Under the pieces are notes generated by a model. It did not search any database, was not told where the DNA came from, and was given only the letters and a program-made list of their open reading frames with translations. The translations under genes were made by a program, and so were the position numbers. Shown here one piece after another: positions 55,701 to 64,000 of a DNA stretch of 64,000 nucleotides (positions are counted from its first letter, which is position 1; every line of letters begins with the position of its first letter). The DNA is from Planctomycetales bacterium (GTDB taxonomy: Bacteria > 4484-113). The DNA lies in contig JAUWGS010000005.1 of NCBI GenBank assembly GCA_030606285.1, forward strand, positions 2,716 through 66,715, given 5' to 3'.

Positions 55701-55892
55701 ATACAGCTTGACAACGGTCTCAGGCTGTACGTCTCGATCCACCTCGAAGATGACCAGGTCTCGGTCCGCCAAGGCCTTCACCTTGACGTCCGATATCTGG
55801 TTCACCCGCGCCGCAGAAGCGCTTACCGCGAGGAAGACCAGAAGCACAAATGCCAAGACGCTGACTCCGGATATCTTCTTGTTGCAGTGCAT
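52710..55892 (-). CDS. pilQ: Secretin PilQ/GspD-like with AMIN-like N-domains and Gly-rich inserts
   Basis: Signal peptide; NVPWDTALDIIL, QLHYADP.EI, IRKIDKPPKQ, DG.TALIGGL, VPFLSKLPFVGNFF. Confidence 0.88.
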   Translation of the reverse strand: MHCNKKISGVSVLAFVLLVFLAVSASAARVNQISDVKVKALADRDLVIFEVDRDVQPETVVKLYPTRIEAQFSGSELKTVSPQVKGTTLIKNVLVAGDTDTVVLVVYLDVKGKVGDDAYRWSRPRDGLLVLEVFYPLSDRSELTMGMLNGDVEPPQPEAVPEPVVEVAEPEPPAPPATFTGNLISAVYFERDMHTLVIKAEEPIEYELATSKFPPSLMLILPQAALSPTVDGLIAKNIGAIRDIRTYFLTEGDACRTRIVVGFLNLQNIKFDDAVSDGGRVLRISFPEARNVVLPIVETTAPAPAPVAEKPPVEVTEERSYVVNSTVPSGGVVNYINYDPTTMVLAIRASEPTVAHVVPIEFPRGYNVLIDLPPSEAVSNYIFKNDPLVRNLTVSEYIVGDEICTRIILSFNNKVEYGFARTGKLNGQSFDLELTPMTLPQRQPKPMKPAPSAGSYTLGSETSGDEGRYADDGSMATVDDVYDSLDADEDYPRMEIEGTSEVGDYELPGFEEFEGKLSDVLVNLNASTGFSVYQVLNLMSQIAGISIIIDPYITDEPIGGVANRRVLDPLDLGGDGSPIGFRDAAQFNALITEPGSVIGNFENVPWDTALDIILETHQFKKIVYRDEVDPYAKPVILITSRERKEQEIDIANEIDFYQLHYADPNEIYQILFNLDLLPSVTVGWYVYESRGGGIGGGGGGGFGGGGGGSSGGGGSSGGGRYSADYPSSAYAAASSSMTSGYFGTEPMQVGPGGGGGAGGGGGAGGGGAGGAGGGGAGGAGGGGGAGSIPIPTAKSGLVVMRGSRDTLDVVQSIIRKIDKPPKQAAVKITVYQVSENPQEVYGMLAATAQAPTGLGRWVFDYADGGLGLSILPKNTIMLPENYSATFDALIAERKAKVVTESEIAVIDGFNGYLTVDRTRGNFRQTIAFDQNGNAIRQSTFDEVTVGTDINFTVNIDDWGRMTMYVEIDISNFDGPQQVSPDGAATFQPTTSTSLGTYFRLSDGSTALIGGLQTREISDQIFAVPFLSKLPFVGNFFQHHSKSEDNSYVFITLTVNLVDDK

Positions 55893-56067
55893 CACGGAGG
55901 TACCCTCCAAGACAGGTTTAACTACTATTTATGCACCGACCGGTGCCCCTTCCTCACTTCCGGACTTATAAAACAGCCTGCCCCAAGAAACAGCAGGCCG
56001 AGTTGTTCCCCAGACTGGAGGATTCTACGTAACATATCGGGCATTGTCAAGGAATCACTTAGAACAA

Positions 56068-56098
56068 GAGAGGCCCGACCTTTTGGTCGGACCTCTTA
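56068..56098. terminator. Hairpin downstream of the giant gene
   Basis: AGAGG-C-CCGACC-TTTT-GGTCGG-A-CCTCT. Confidence 0.55.
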
Positions 56099-56136
56099 AC
56101 GTTGCTGTCCCAGGCAGTTTACGCCTGGCGACGGCC

Positions 56137-59100
56137 TTATCCGCCGCCCTCCGAGTGGCGATCCTCGTAAAGCACGACGTAGGCGCGCCGCTCGCTCGCA
56201 TCAACGTTTACCGCAGTAGTATCCCGGCGCGGCGTGTGCATCTTCCCTATATCTATCACGCGCTCGATAGCGCGGTCACGATCAATATGGTCGGCGTTCA
56301 CCGGGGCGGTCATGCCGCCGCCTGAGATGCTCACGCCACCTAAACCAACGATGCGGAAGGTGTAACTCCGCGTGGTGACATACGGCGCTATGTCATCGAG
56401 GTAGTTGGCAACCACCTTGAACTCGTTGTTCTCCGCATCCCAGACCTCCGCGTAGCGGAAGAGCGATGGCCCGGAGGGCGTGCGCTCAACGGTGGAGAAG
56501 TTGTTCCCGTCCACCTCCACATCATCCCTGTTGCCGTCGCCATCGGTGTCAACCACGTTGAACGACCGGGGCTCGTTCGCCGACCCGTCGTCGTCCCAGT
56601 CCATCAGGTCATCGTAGTATGTGTCGGTGAGAGCGCCAACAACCTTATAGAGGTCGAACATCGACTGGAATGGCGGATTGGGGATGAAGGTAAAGGCTAT
56701 CTCCCCACTGCTGTAGATGATGGCGATTTCATTGCGAGCATCCGCACGCGTCTCCCCAGCCTCCGTGTCATAGGAGAAGTACTGACGAGCATCGAAGCCA
56801 CGTCGCGTGTCAAGGCCCATCGGGTCCTCGTTGTCCAGCGTTGTGCCATTGTCGAGCGTATCGTTCAGATACTTGGCGTATTCTTCATCGCTCTCGAATG
56901 TCAGCTGCTCACGAACCACGGCAATGTCAGAAGGCGCGTAGAACTGCAGGTTCTCGACGTCGCGGTCGAGGTTGTAGTAGATGCCTCGGAAGTTGTCCCA
57001 GGCGTTAATCGCGTCGTTATCAGTCTGGTCGGGCCACACGTCATCGCGCGATGACGGGTTTGGATAATCGTAGGCGCGCGGATTAGCGCCATCCCATGGG
57101 CCAATCACCGGCAGATGGTCCACCCGTACGTCACCGCTGGCATACGGGTCTGCACCCATGCTGTGCAAATAGTCAAACCCCACACCGTCTACTTCTGGCT
57201 TATAAGCATCGTAATAAGCGTTGCGGTATTCCACGACAGCGTGCGCAAGTGCCCGTGCTTCATCTCGAGTCAGATATTCGTCGTTCTCGTAATCGCGATC
57301 GCCCCGGCTCCAGTTAGCGCCGTCGGACGAGAAGTATGCCCGTTCCTTGATTATCTTGGAGAAGAGCGACGCTAGAACCTCCTCGGGAGCCGTGTTGATG
57401 TTGATGCGCCCCAGCGTGTAGGTGTCATAGAAATCTGCCGGCGTATTCGTCTGAGGATCCTCAAGGTAGTTGATAGCGAACTGCGGGCAGTCTGCGGGAT
57501 CCTTGGCCGCGAGGAAGCCCGGTGAAATGAAGCTTGGGTTCGGGTCCACCGTCAGCAGGTCGCCGAATACCTGGATGTCCGCCTCACGCAGGCGATAGTC
57601 ATTCTCTTCCCACGTAGAGGAGTTCGCATCGCAGGAGTAAAGTGGGTCTACCCAGACCCGCACCGCATGCAGCGGACGGCCGTCCCGGTCGCGGCGGACC
57701 TTCGGCACTGTGCTGCCGTACGTCTGAGGCGTCAAGTATCCTGACGCGAACACCTGCTGCTGGGTGACGGCGAACTCTCCGGCTCCATCGGTTACGAAAA
57801 CGATGACGTAATAGTTGCCCGGATAAGGCACGTACAGGTAGACCGGGTCGTAGAGCTCGCCGATATCGCCGTTCATCATTACGCCGTCAGCACCGTACGG
57901 ATCGATAATCGTTGTGCGCGAATCGCGGAATGCCAGGTCTACAAGGGAACCATCAGTGCTCACCAGCGAGACCACAACGAAGTATTCCGAGTCATCGCCA
58001 AACAGCCCTGACAGACCGGTAAGAGCGCCGCTTGTCACCATGTTGCCGAAGCTGCTTCCGCCGAACTTCCGTCCTCCGCCAACGGCGTAGTTCACCTGAA
58101 TCTGGAAGTTGCTCACGCCGCTTGAAGGCGACACTACAGCCGTCACGTTTAGTGGCAGCCGCTCACCCACGAGAACCTTCTGCTCGGCGTTGAATGGATG
58201 TGTCGCAGGGCTGACGATGTCACCGTTGGCGTCGGTAACGGTAATCTGCACGTTCACGCCGTCTTCGGGGTCATCGTAGCGGCCGTTGGCCGGCGACGTG
58301 CGGTCCATCCACACCGCGTCGTAGCGGTACTGGAAGAAGGTGTATCGTCCGGATGTGATTACGCTGTCGGAAGCGCCCATGTTGTTCGGGTCATTGTATC
58401 TGATAGTAATGTTGTAAGGCGGCATACCGCCGTCAACGTAGACAATGAAGTTCACCCGTTCGTCGACTGCCACAGACGGTGGTATCGCCATTATCTGCGC
58501 GTTCAAAGGCGCCTGCTCGACCACAATGAGCCGTGGCCGGCCAGCTACCAGCATGCCGTTCCCATCTGAAACAGCGAGGCGGATCTGGTAAGTTCCCGTA
58601 ACAAGGGCTCCGAGTTCGTCAGACGCATCCTCACTCGGGACAAACAGCGGATTCGGCACGAAGTGCTGGGACACATCGCTGAATTGAATAGCGGTGCCCG
58701 TGTCCACGTGGCGGATGGTCCAGTTGTACGTATACGGCCATGCGCCGCCAGAGACGAAGGACTCAAGGCTAAAGCCCTGAGTTGTCACGCCTACCATCGG
58801 GTCGACGAATGTATCCACCGCCAGCGGGAGCGGGCTGGCCGAGCCCCCTCCACGGTTACCACCAACGAACACAACCTGAGAATCAAACGCATAAGCCGGT
58901 ACGTCGCCGGGATTCAGCGGGTTGTCGCGCACAAGCGACGCGGCATTATAAATCCCCTTGTCGGCTTCAACATCGATTCCGATATCGATAAACTGGAACC
59001 ACACGCCGGGCAGAATCGTCGGGAATGAGTTGATCGCGCCGGGATTCATGAGATTCGCGCCATTCGTGGTTGTCACCCGTGAATGCGTCTGCGGATTGGG

Positions 59101-62100
59101 GAAGCCGAGTATACCGATTTCGAAGTAGCCGTCTGTGTTTAGATCGGCCATGAACCGCATATCGGATCCCTCGCCGTAGATCCCGGTCAGGGTGTAGGTC
59201 ACGGAGCCTGGCGCGTTCGTCAGGCTGTACGGATCCTGCGTCGCCAGATACGCGTGGACATCAACCTGCGGATTCTCCGCACTCGGTATAAGAATCGTGT
59301 CGCTGGCGTGAATCACGTATGCCCGGCCGGTGACCATGTCGTAATCCTCGTTGATCACGGTCAGAGCAATGAGGTGTTTTTTGTCATTGCCGAGCGTCGG
59401 CAGGCTCAACGTGCTCAAAACGTTGCTCACGTCAACTGTGGGTAGCGGAGCAGGCTGCGGAATCGTGAATGTCTGGGAATATCTGTTGTTCGACCTGTCC
59501 GTAATCAACAGAGAACCGGACACATTCAGCCTGCCTGCGTTGTAGCTGCCAGTGTTTATGAATGTGAATCCAGCCGACCCTCCGGCATGGCCAACGTAGA
59601 GTTCTGAAGTAACGTAGTTCGCAGGAGCCACATAGTCGGATATACCGTCACCGTCGATATCCCAGTCGAACACCAGCGGAACGCTCTCGTCAATCCCGAT
59701 ATCGAATATCGTGGGATCGGTCGTTGTGAAGTTGAACGCCATCTGGGCGTAGTAGTTCACGGAAACACCGGGGCTAACAAAGCGGCCGTCCGCGCTGATG
59801 GATGAGCTTACATTGATATTGACAGGCCCACCGCCTCCCCAGTAACCCTGGGGGACGAACGACGGGTCAATGTTATACCGCTGGTTGGCGGAATTGCCCC
59901 ATACTCTCACGTAGAATGTGCCTGGCGGCACCACAGCTCCTGTGCCGACGACAGTGCAGGTGTCTCCCGATGCGATAGTGCTGCTGTCGAGCAGAGTTAG
60001 AACTCCATCGAATAATCTGATGTAAAGCTCGTCCGCAGGCCCCTGGTCAAATGACTGCACGAAGGCATTCAACGTTCCATCCTGAGATGTAGTTATGGAG
60101 TACCAGTCCTCGTCATTCGGGTCCCCCGGCGGAATCCTTCCGGTGAAGGGGAAGCTGTCCCTGTCAGGATCGTAGGCAAGCGACATCAGGTCAGCGGTCG
60201 TACTGTCATTGTTAGGCTCGGTCTCCCAGAACGTGTTGCCGGGATTGGGCGTGAAGACCGACTCCAGCTCGTACGTCTGTGTGCTGTCTGCGGTAATCCT
60301 GAGATAGTACGTGTCCGTGGGGGAGTTACGTCCGGTTGTTGCCCACGTGTGATTGTCGCCCGCGAAAATTGTGCCGCTGTCAATCAACACAAGCGTGGAA
60401 TCGTAAAGTTCGATATCAATGTGCTGAGCGCCTACCAGTCCAAAGCACTCCATAAGTATGCTCAGCGCTCCCGCCTGAGTCGTGTCGATGCTGAACCAGT
60501 CGTCATCCGTTGCGTCAGCCGTGCGACCCGTCCAGGTGGCATTATCGGTGGCGGGATCGTAATCCAGCGGCATCACGTTAGCCGTGGGGCTTGTGTCATT
60601 AGGCTCGACTTCCCAGTAGGTTGGCGTATCGGGCGACTCGGTGAGAATGGCGTACCGCGAGTTCCCGTCCACGTTCCACTTGTACTTCAGGCCGGTCTGG
60701 GAGGTCACACCCCCTGTGTATGACCGCACGTCAATGCCCATTCCGGGCAGCGGGTAACGGTCGGAGTACATGGGCATTATGCTCGTGGTCAGACCGTAGG
60801 CTTCAGGCGTGTTGTTCGGGTCATCCATCAGCGGGCGCAGATTGCGTATCTGCACCAACTGATGTGAAACAGCGCTCTTGCCCGTGCTTTGGTCGGTCAC
60901 TATCAGCGTTGCCGTGTAGTTGCCGAATCCGTCATCCGCATAATCGTGCTGAAGCGACGTCAATTGCGTCTGCCGAACCTGACCCGGCGAGTCGCCCATC
61001 CGCGAGGTGTCCGCTCGCGCGTCAATGATGCCGTCGCCCTGGAAGTCAAGCTCCATCGTATAGTTGTGTGTGGTATCCGGGATGATGGAGGCTATCAGAT
61101 CGAAGGAGACGACGAAGTGGGTTTGGAAGAACGCGCGCCCGCTTGTACCGCCGTTCCCGGCGCCATCGTTGGTCGTGACGGTCAGCCATCCGGTGCGGGC
61201 ATTACCGGGAACAACCGCCCGTAGTATCTGCCTGAACGGCAGCGGTCCCGCATAGCTCGGATCGGGCTGGACATCGAACGCCAGCGCTGTCGCTCCTCCG
61301 CCGAAGGTCACCCGGTTGTTCTGGGGTATGTTGTTGAAGTTATAGCCGTAGATCTCAATGACCGAGCCGTGTCCAGCAATATCGGGCACGATCGGCGGAA
61401 CTCCCGTATCCGATGACAGGAATGGCTGCGGGCCGGTTCCACTCATAATAGGTACAAGATTGTTATCCCCAATCGCATCTTCGCCGTTGCCCGGCGGAAT
61501 GGCAGCCAGCGTTGCTATCGGCTCACTATCGTACGATGCGGGGCCGCCCAAAATGACCATCTCGGTATCGGTCGCAAGGACGGTGTTGGTGGCGTTGTGC
61601 GGATTGATGTTCTTCTGGTCGATGACCATAACCTTGACGAAGTACACGCCGTCCTGCGACTGATCCGGTGTGAACAGGAAAGTCGGGCTGGCATCGTTAC
61701 TCTCCTGCCTCTGGCCTTGGTCGCCGGTGGCCAGCGCGCTGAACTCATCGAACACCTGCCACAAGTATCCGTACTCGCCCCGGCCACCGCTCACCGAAAC
61801 GCTCGCCCGGAAACCGTGGCTTGGCTGCTCAACCTCGTGGAGGTTGATCGAAGCCGTCATGTTCGGGACATTGGTGAACGACCTTGCCGGTGAACCCCGT
61901 CCTCCCACGATGAGAGTGGTGGCATCAATCGCGCTGGTGGGAACGGGAGTAGTCGAATCTGTAACCGTCAGTACGACGTTATACGTATCCTGCACCGGGA
62001 ACGTGTCTGTTTCAATAGTGAGCGTGTTGCTCTCGTAGTTCCCGTAGTTGTAGCTCTGAACAAGGCCGCCGAGGCTGTCGAATACTTGTACCGCGACGAA

Positions 62101-63999
62101 ATACGGGCTAACTCCTCCGTACATACCCAGATGCAGAAGTGTCGAGCTGTCCTCTTCGATAGAAGGTGGGTCGCATGCGATCTCGGCCACAACGTTGGGC
62201 ATAGTACCGATGAGGTCAACCTGGACGACGTCCGTGTCTACTCCCACAGGCGGATAAGGTATCGCGGGGAACGGCGGCTGCACCTGGTTCGCCACGATGA
62301 TGCCCGGCGGCAATGCCGTGCTGGACGGAATGACGGGCAGTCCGGGCCATGTCCCCACTGCAGCGGGACTGTAAAGGTCGTAAACGGTTAGTCGTATGGT
62401 GTCGCTGGAAGGAGTCACGAACACAGTGCGCGGGTCCCGTCCCCCAGCCTGCATCGGCCATGTACCGTCAATGCCCTGTGGCGAACCGTTGAAGTTCCAA
62501 TCGTAAAGGCGGAATGTGTTGGGATCTTCAACTCCACCGCCCGCTCTCGACAGCAGCATGAACTGGTCTGCGCTGATGCGAACCGCCAATATGCTGACCT
62601 TCAGCGGGATGAAGGTGTCGCAATTTTCCTGCAGATAGACCTTCACCACGTTATCGGCAAGGGTCTCCTCCGGCGTGCCGGCAGCCTTCACGGCCAATAC
62701 TCGCGCCGTAATGTACGGATTGCCGAAGTAGTCGAAGGCGAAATCTCCATCAATCGCTCCGGCGGTACCCGGCACAGGAACCTCTGCCAGGTCAAACAGG
62801 TGATCGAAGCGGATGTATCTCTGGCCGGTCGACTGATTGAACGTGGTGATGGCTCCAGGCCGCGCCTCCGTTGGCGGTGCAGACACCAGACGCAGATCAT
62901 CGCCGAAGGTCAGGTTGACCACATTCTCCCAGGTGCCGTCGTAGTTGTAGTCGAAATAGATGTCGTAGGTGTAGGCCACCGCGTCGTCGGTGAGGTCGCC
63001 GACTGTGCCGTTTGTGTCATACTCGCCGAGCTTGACGATATCGGACATTGACACGTAGTAGTTGACCATCACTGCGTTCTTACCGACTGGCGCACACAGA
63101 TAATCCGACGGCGGGTCGGCCATTATCCCCACACTGAACTGAGAGAACTTGTATAGGGGAACCTCGAGGATGTCCGCTACCGAATCGAAGTAGTGAGGCG
63201 GGACGATAGCATCCACGTTCTGGCCCGATTCGGGATCAGGCACGTATGCCGGCTGGAAGTAAAGCTCGAACAGGCCCGGAATGATAATCGGGTCAACGAT
63301 GGGGATGAATGAGCGAGTCCCCGGGATAGGGATGCCAGGATAGACCTGGCGGGGGTTGGCTCCATCGTCTTGGTAGCGGAACGCGTCTGCTTGCGTCAGC
63401 CCGTGACGGTGAAGCAGTATTGAAAGCGCTGAATCGCGGCTGAACGGGGGATCGAGTGCGGGATAGTCGCAGCCCGGCTCGCGGTTGTTTCCACCGAGGT
63501 CAATATCGTATTCGTGACCGCTTTCACCGACATTGTATGGGTAGTTCCCGGGCTCCAATGATCCACGGAACGAATTGCCCCAGGCGTCCGTAGAATATAA
63601 ATGGTCGCTAGGGCCTCGACCGGCGCGGTCAATGACCGGCAGAGCGAACTTGTTGTAGGTGCCTTCGGGAAGGTGGTTACGCAGGAAAGCCATCAGAATG
63701 TCGGCTTCCTGTTCCAGGGACGAGAGAGACGTGTCTGCCAACGGCTTGTTGATGTCGTAGCGCAGATCGGGAACCGTGTCGTTGTCAACCAGGTAGCCGG
63801 GAATCTGGCGGGGAGTCGCACCCGGAGGAAGATCTTCAGGATTGATCGGGTCGACGGTGGAGCTCACATCGGCGATGTAGTTCTGGACAACGTTCGTGTC
63901 GTAGGAGTAGACGGTTACATAGTCCTTGATCCGGTCGAACTTCGTCTGCGACATTCCCTGGACGTTGAGCAGCTCCTTGACATCCGAGAACGGACGGGG
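56137..63999 (-). CDS. Giant GspK-like (HhH) protein with PKD-like, IPT/TIG and two PPC-like domains; 5' end outside the window
   Basis: Open to the window edge (PRPFSDVKELLNVQGMSQTKFDRIKDYVTV); C-terminal GRININTAPEEVL.SL, FQSMFDL, YVTTRSYTFRI; two E.EPN repeats; YGYNF....N.VTFGG. Confidence 0.8.
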   Translation of the reverse strand, partial: PRPFSDVKELLNVQGMSQTKFDRIKDYVTVYSYDTNVVQNYIADVSSTVDPINPEDLPPGATPRQIPGYLVDNDTVPDLRYDINKPLADTSLSSLEQEADILMAFLRNHLPEGTYNKFALPVIDRAGRGPSDHLYSTDAWGNSFRGSLEPGNYPYNVGESGHEYDIDLGGNNREPGCDYPALDPPFSRDSALSILLHRHGLTQADAFRYQDDGANPRQVYPGIPIPGTRSFIPIVDPIIIPGLFELYFQPAYVPDPESGQNVDAIVPPHYFDSVADILEVPLYKFSQFSVGIMADPPSDYLCAPVGKNAVMVNYYVSMSDIVKLGEYDTNGTVGDLTDDAVAYTYDIYFDYNYDGTWENVVNLTFGDDLRLVSAPPTEARPGAITTFNQSTGQRYIRFDHLFDLAEVPVPGTAGAIDGDFAFDYFGNPYITARVLAVKAAGTPEETLADNVVKVYLQENCDTFIPLKVSILAVRISADQFMLLSRAGGGVEDPNTFRLYDWNFNGSPQGIDGTWPMQAGGRDPRTVFVTPSSDTIRLTVYDLYSPAAVGTWPGLPVIPSSTALPPGIIVANQVQPPFPAIPYPPVGVDTDVVQVDLIGTMPNVVAEIACDPPSIEEDSSTLLHLGMYGGVSPYFVAVQVFDSLGGLVQSYNYGNYESNTLTIETDTFPVQDTYNVVLTVTDSTTPVPTSAIDATTLIVGGRGSPARSFTNVPNMTASINLHEVEQPSHGFRASVSVSGGRGEYGYLWQVFDEFSALATGDQGQRQESNDASPTFLFTPDQSQDGVYFVKVMVIDQKNINPHNATNTVLATDTEMVILGGPASYDSEPIATLAAIPPGNGEDAIGDNNLVPIMSGTGPQPFLSSDTGVPPIVPDIAGHGSVIEIYGYNFNNIPQNNRVTFGGGATALAFDVQPDPSYAGPLPFRQILRAVVPGNARTGWLTVTTNDGAGNGGTSGRAFFQTHFVVSFDLIASIIPDTTHNYTMELDFQGDGIIDARADTSRMGDSPGQVRQTQLTSLQHDYADDGFGNYTATLIVTDQSTGKSAVSHQLVQIRNLRPLMDDPNNTPEAYGLTTSIMPMYSDRYPLPGMGIDVRSYTGGVTSQTGLKYKWNVDGNSRYAILTESPDTPTYWEVEPNDTSPTANVMPLDYDPATDNATWTGRTADATDDDWFSIDTTQAGALSILMECFGLVGAQHIDIELYDSTLVLIDSGTIFAGDNHTWATTGRNSPTDTYYLRITADSTQTYELESVFTPNPGNTFWETEPNNDSTTADLMSLAYDPDRDSFPFTGRIPPGDPNDEDWYSITTSQDGTLNAFVQSFDQGPADELYIRLFDGVLTLLDSSTIASGDTCTVVGTGAVVPPGTFYVRVWGNSANQRYNIDPSFVPQGYWGGGGPVNINVSSSISADGRFVSPGVSVNYYAQMAFNFTTTDPTIFDIGIDESVPLVFDWDIDGDGISDYVAPANYVTSELYVGHAGGSAGFTFINTGSYNAGRLNVSGSLLITDRSNNRYSQTFTIPQPAPLPTVDVSNVLSTLSLPTLGNDKKHLIALTVINEDYDMVTGRAYVIHASDTILIPSAENPQVDVHAYLATQDPYSLTNAPGSVTYTLTGIYGEGSDMRFMADLNTDGYFEIGILGFPNPQTHSRVTTTNGANLMNPGAINSFPTILPGVWFQFIDIGIDVEADKGIYNAASLVRDNPLNPGDVPAYAFDSQVVFVGGNRGGGSASPLPLAVDTFVDPMVGVTTQGFSLESFVSGGAWPYTYNWTIRHVDTGTAIQFSDVSQHFVPNPLFVPSEDASDELGALVTGTYQIRLAVSDGNGMLVAGRPRLIVVEQAPLNAQIMAIPPSVAVDERVNFIVYVDGGMPPYNITIRYNDPNNMGASDSVITSGRYTFFQYRYDAVWMDRTSPANGRYDDPEDGVNVQITVTDANGDIVSPATHPFNAEQKVLVGERLPLNVTAVVSPSSGVSNFQIQVNYAVGGGRKFGGSSFGNMVTSGALTGLSGLFGDDSEYFVVVSLVSTDGSLVDLAFRDSRTTIIDPYGADGVMMNGDIGELYDPVYLYVPYPGNYYVIVFVTDGAGEFAVTQQQVFASGYLTPQTYGSTVPKVRRDRDGRPLHAVRVWVDPLYSCDANSSTWEENDYRLREADIQVFGDLLTVDPNPSFISPGFLAAKDPADCPQFAINYLEDPQTNTPADFYDTYTLGRININTAPEEVLASLFSKIIKERAYFSSDGANWSRGDRDYENDEYLTRDEARALAHAVVEYRNAYYDAYKPEVDGVGFDYLHSMGADPYASGDVRVDHLPVIGPWDGANPRAYDYPNPSSRDDVWPDQTDNDAINAWDNFRGIYYNLDRDVENLQFYAPSDIAVVREQLTFESDEEYAKYLNDTLDNGTTLDNEDPMGLDTRRGFDARQYFSYDTEAGETRADARNEIAIIYSSGEIAFTFIPNPPFQSMFDLYKVVGALTDTYYDDLMDWDDDGSANEPRSFNVVDTDGDGNRDDVEVDGNNFSTVERTPSGPSLFRYAEVWDAENNEFKVVANYLDDIAPYVTTRSYTFRIVGLGGVSISGGGMTAPVNADHIDRDRAIERVIDIGKMHTPRRDTTAVNVDASERRAYVVLYEDRHSEGGG

Positions 64000-64000
64000 T

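Overview
64 kb of a GC-rich, probably uncultured diderm bacterium (secretin and outer-membrane barrel genes beside a Firmicutes-like holB-yaaT pair). Core genes are dapF, a stand-alone 5'-3' exonuclease, plsY, holB, yaaT/ricT, tRNA-Arg(UCU), a type-2 valS and an orphan nuoN. Also present: an ECF sigma/anti-sigma pair, a sarcosine-oxidase/proline-dehydrogenase-like operon with an unusual ferredoxin-MvhD fusion, an OM barrel-FecR/cohesin-CHASE2 cyclase operon, and a type IV pilus/T2SS locus (pilQ, pilM-pilN fusion, pilO, pilP-like) headed by a giant (>2600 aa, truncated) GspK-like protein. AT-richer accessory genes are a TIR protein, an MTase-Mrr fusion and a HicB/HicA-like pair. The left 35 kb is dense in palindromic REP-like repeats of about ten families, some nested in one another and some inside an open ORF. 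The most notable pattern is three dispersed surface lipoprotein genes sharing a promoter, a structured 5' leader and a signal peptide but carrying different C-terminal cargo, with a stranded relic propeller blade behind one, which suggests a modular cassette-swapping system. All calls come from reading the sequence and motifs by eye; no searches were run.
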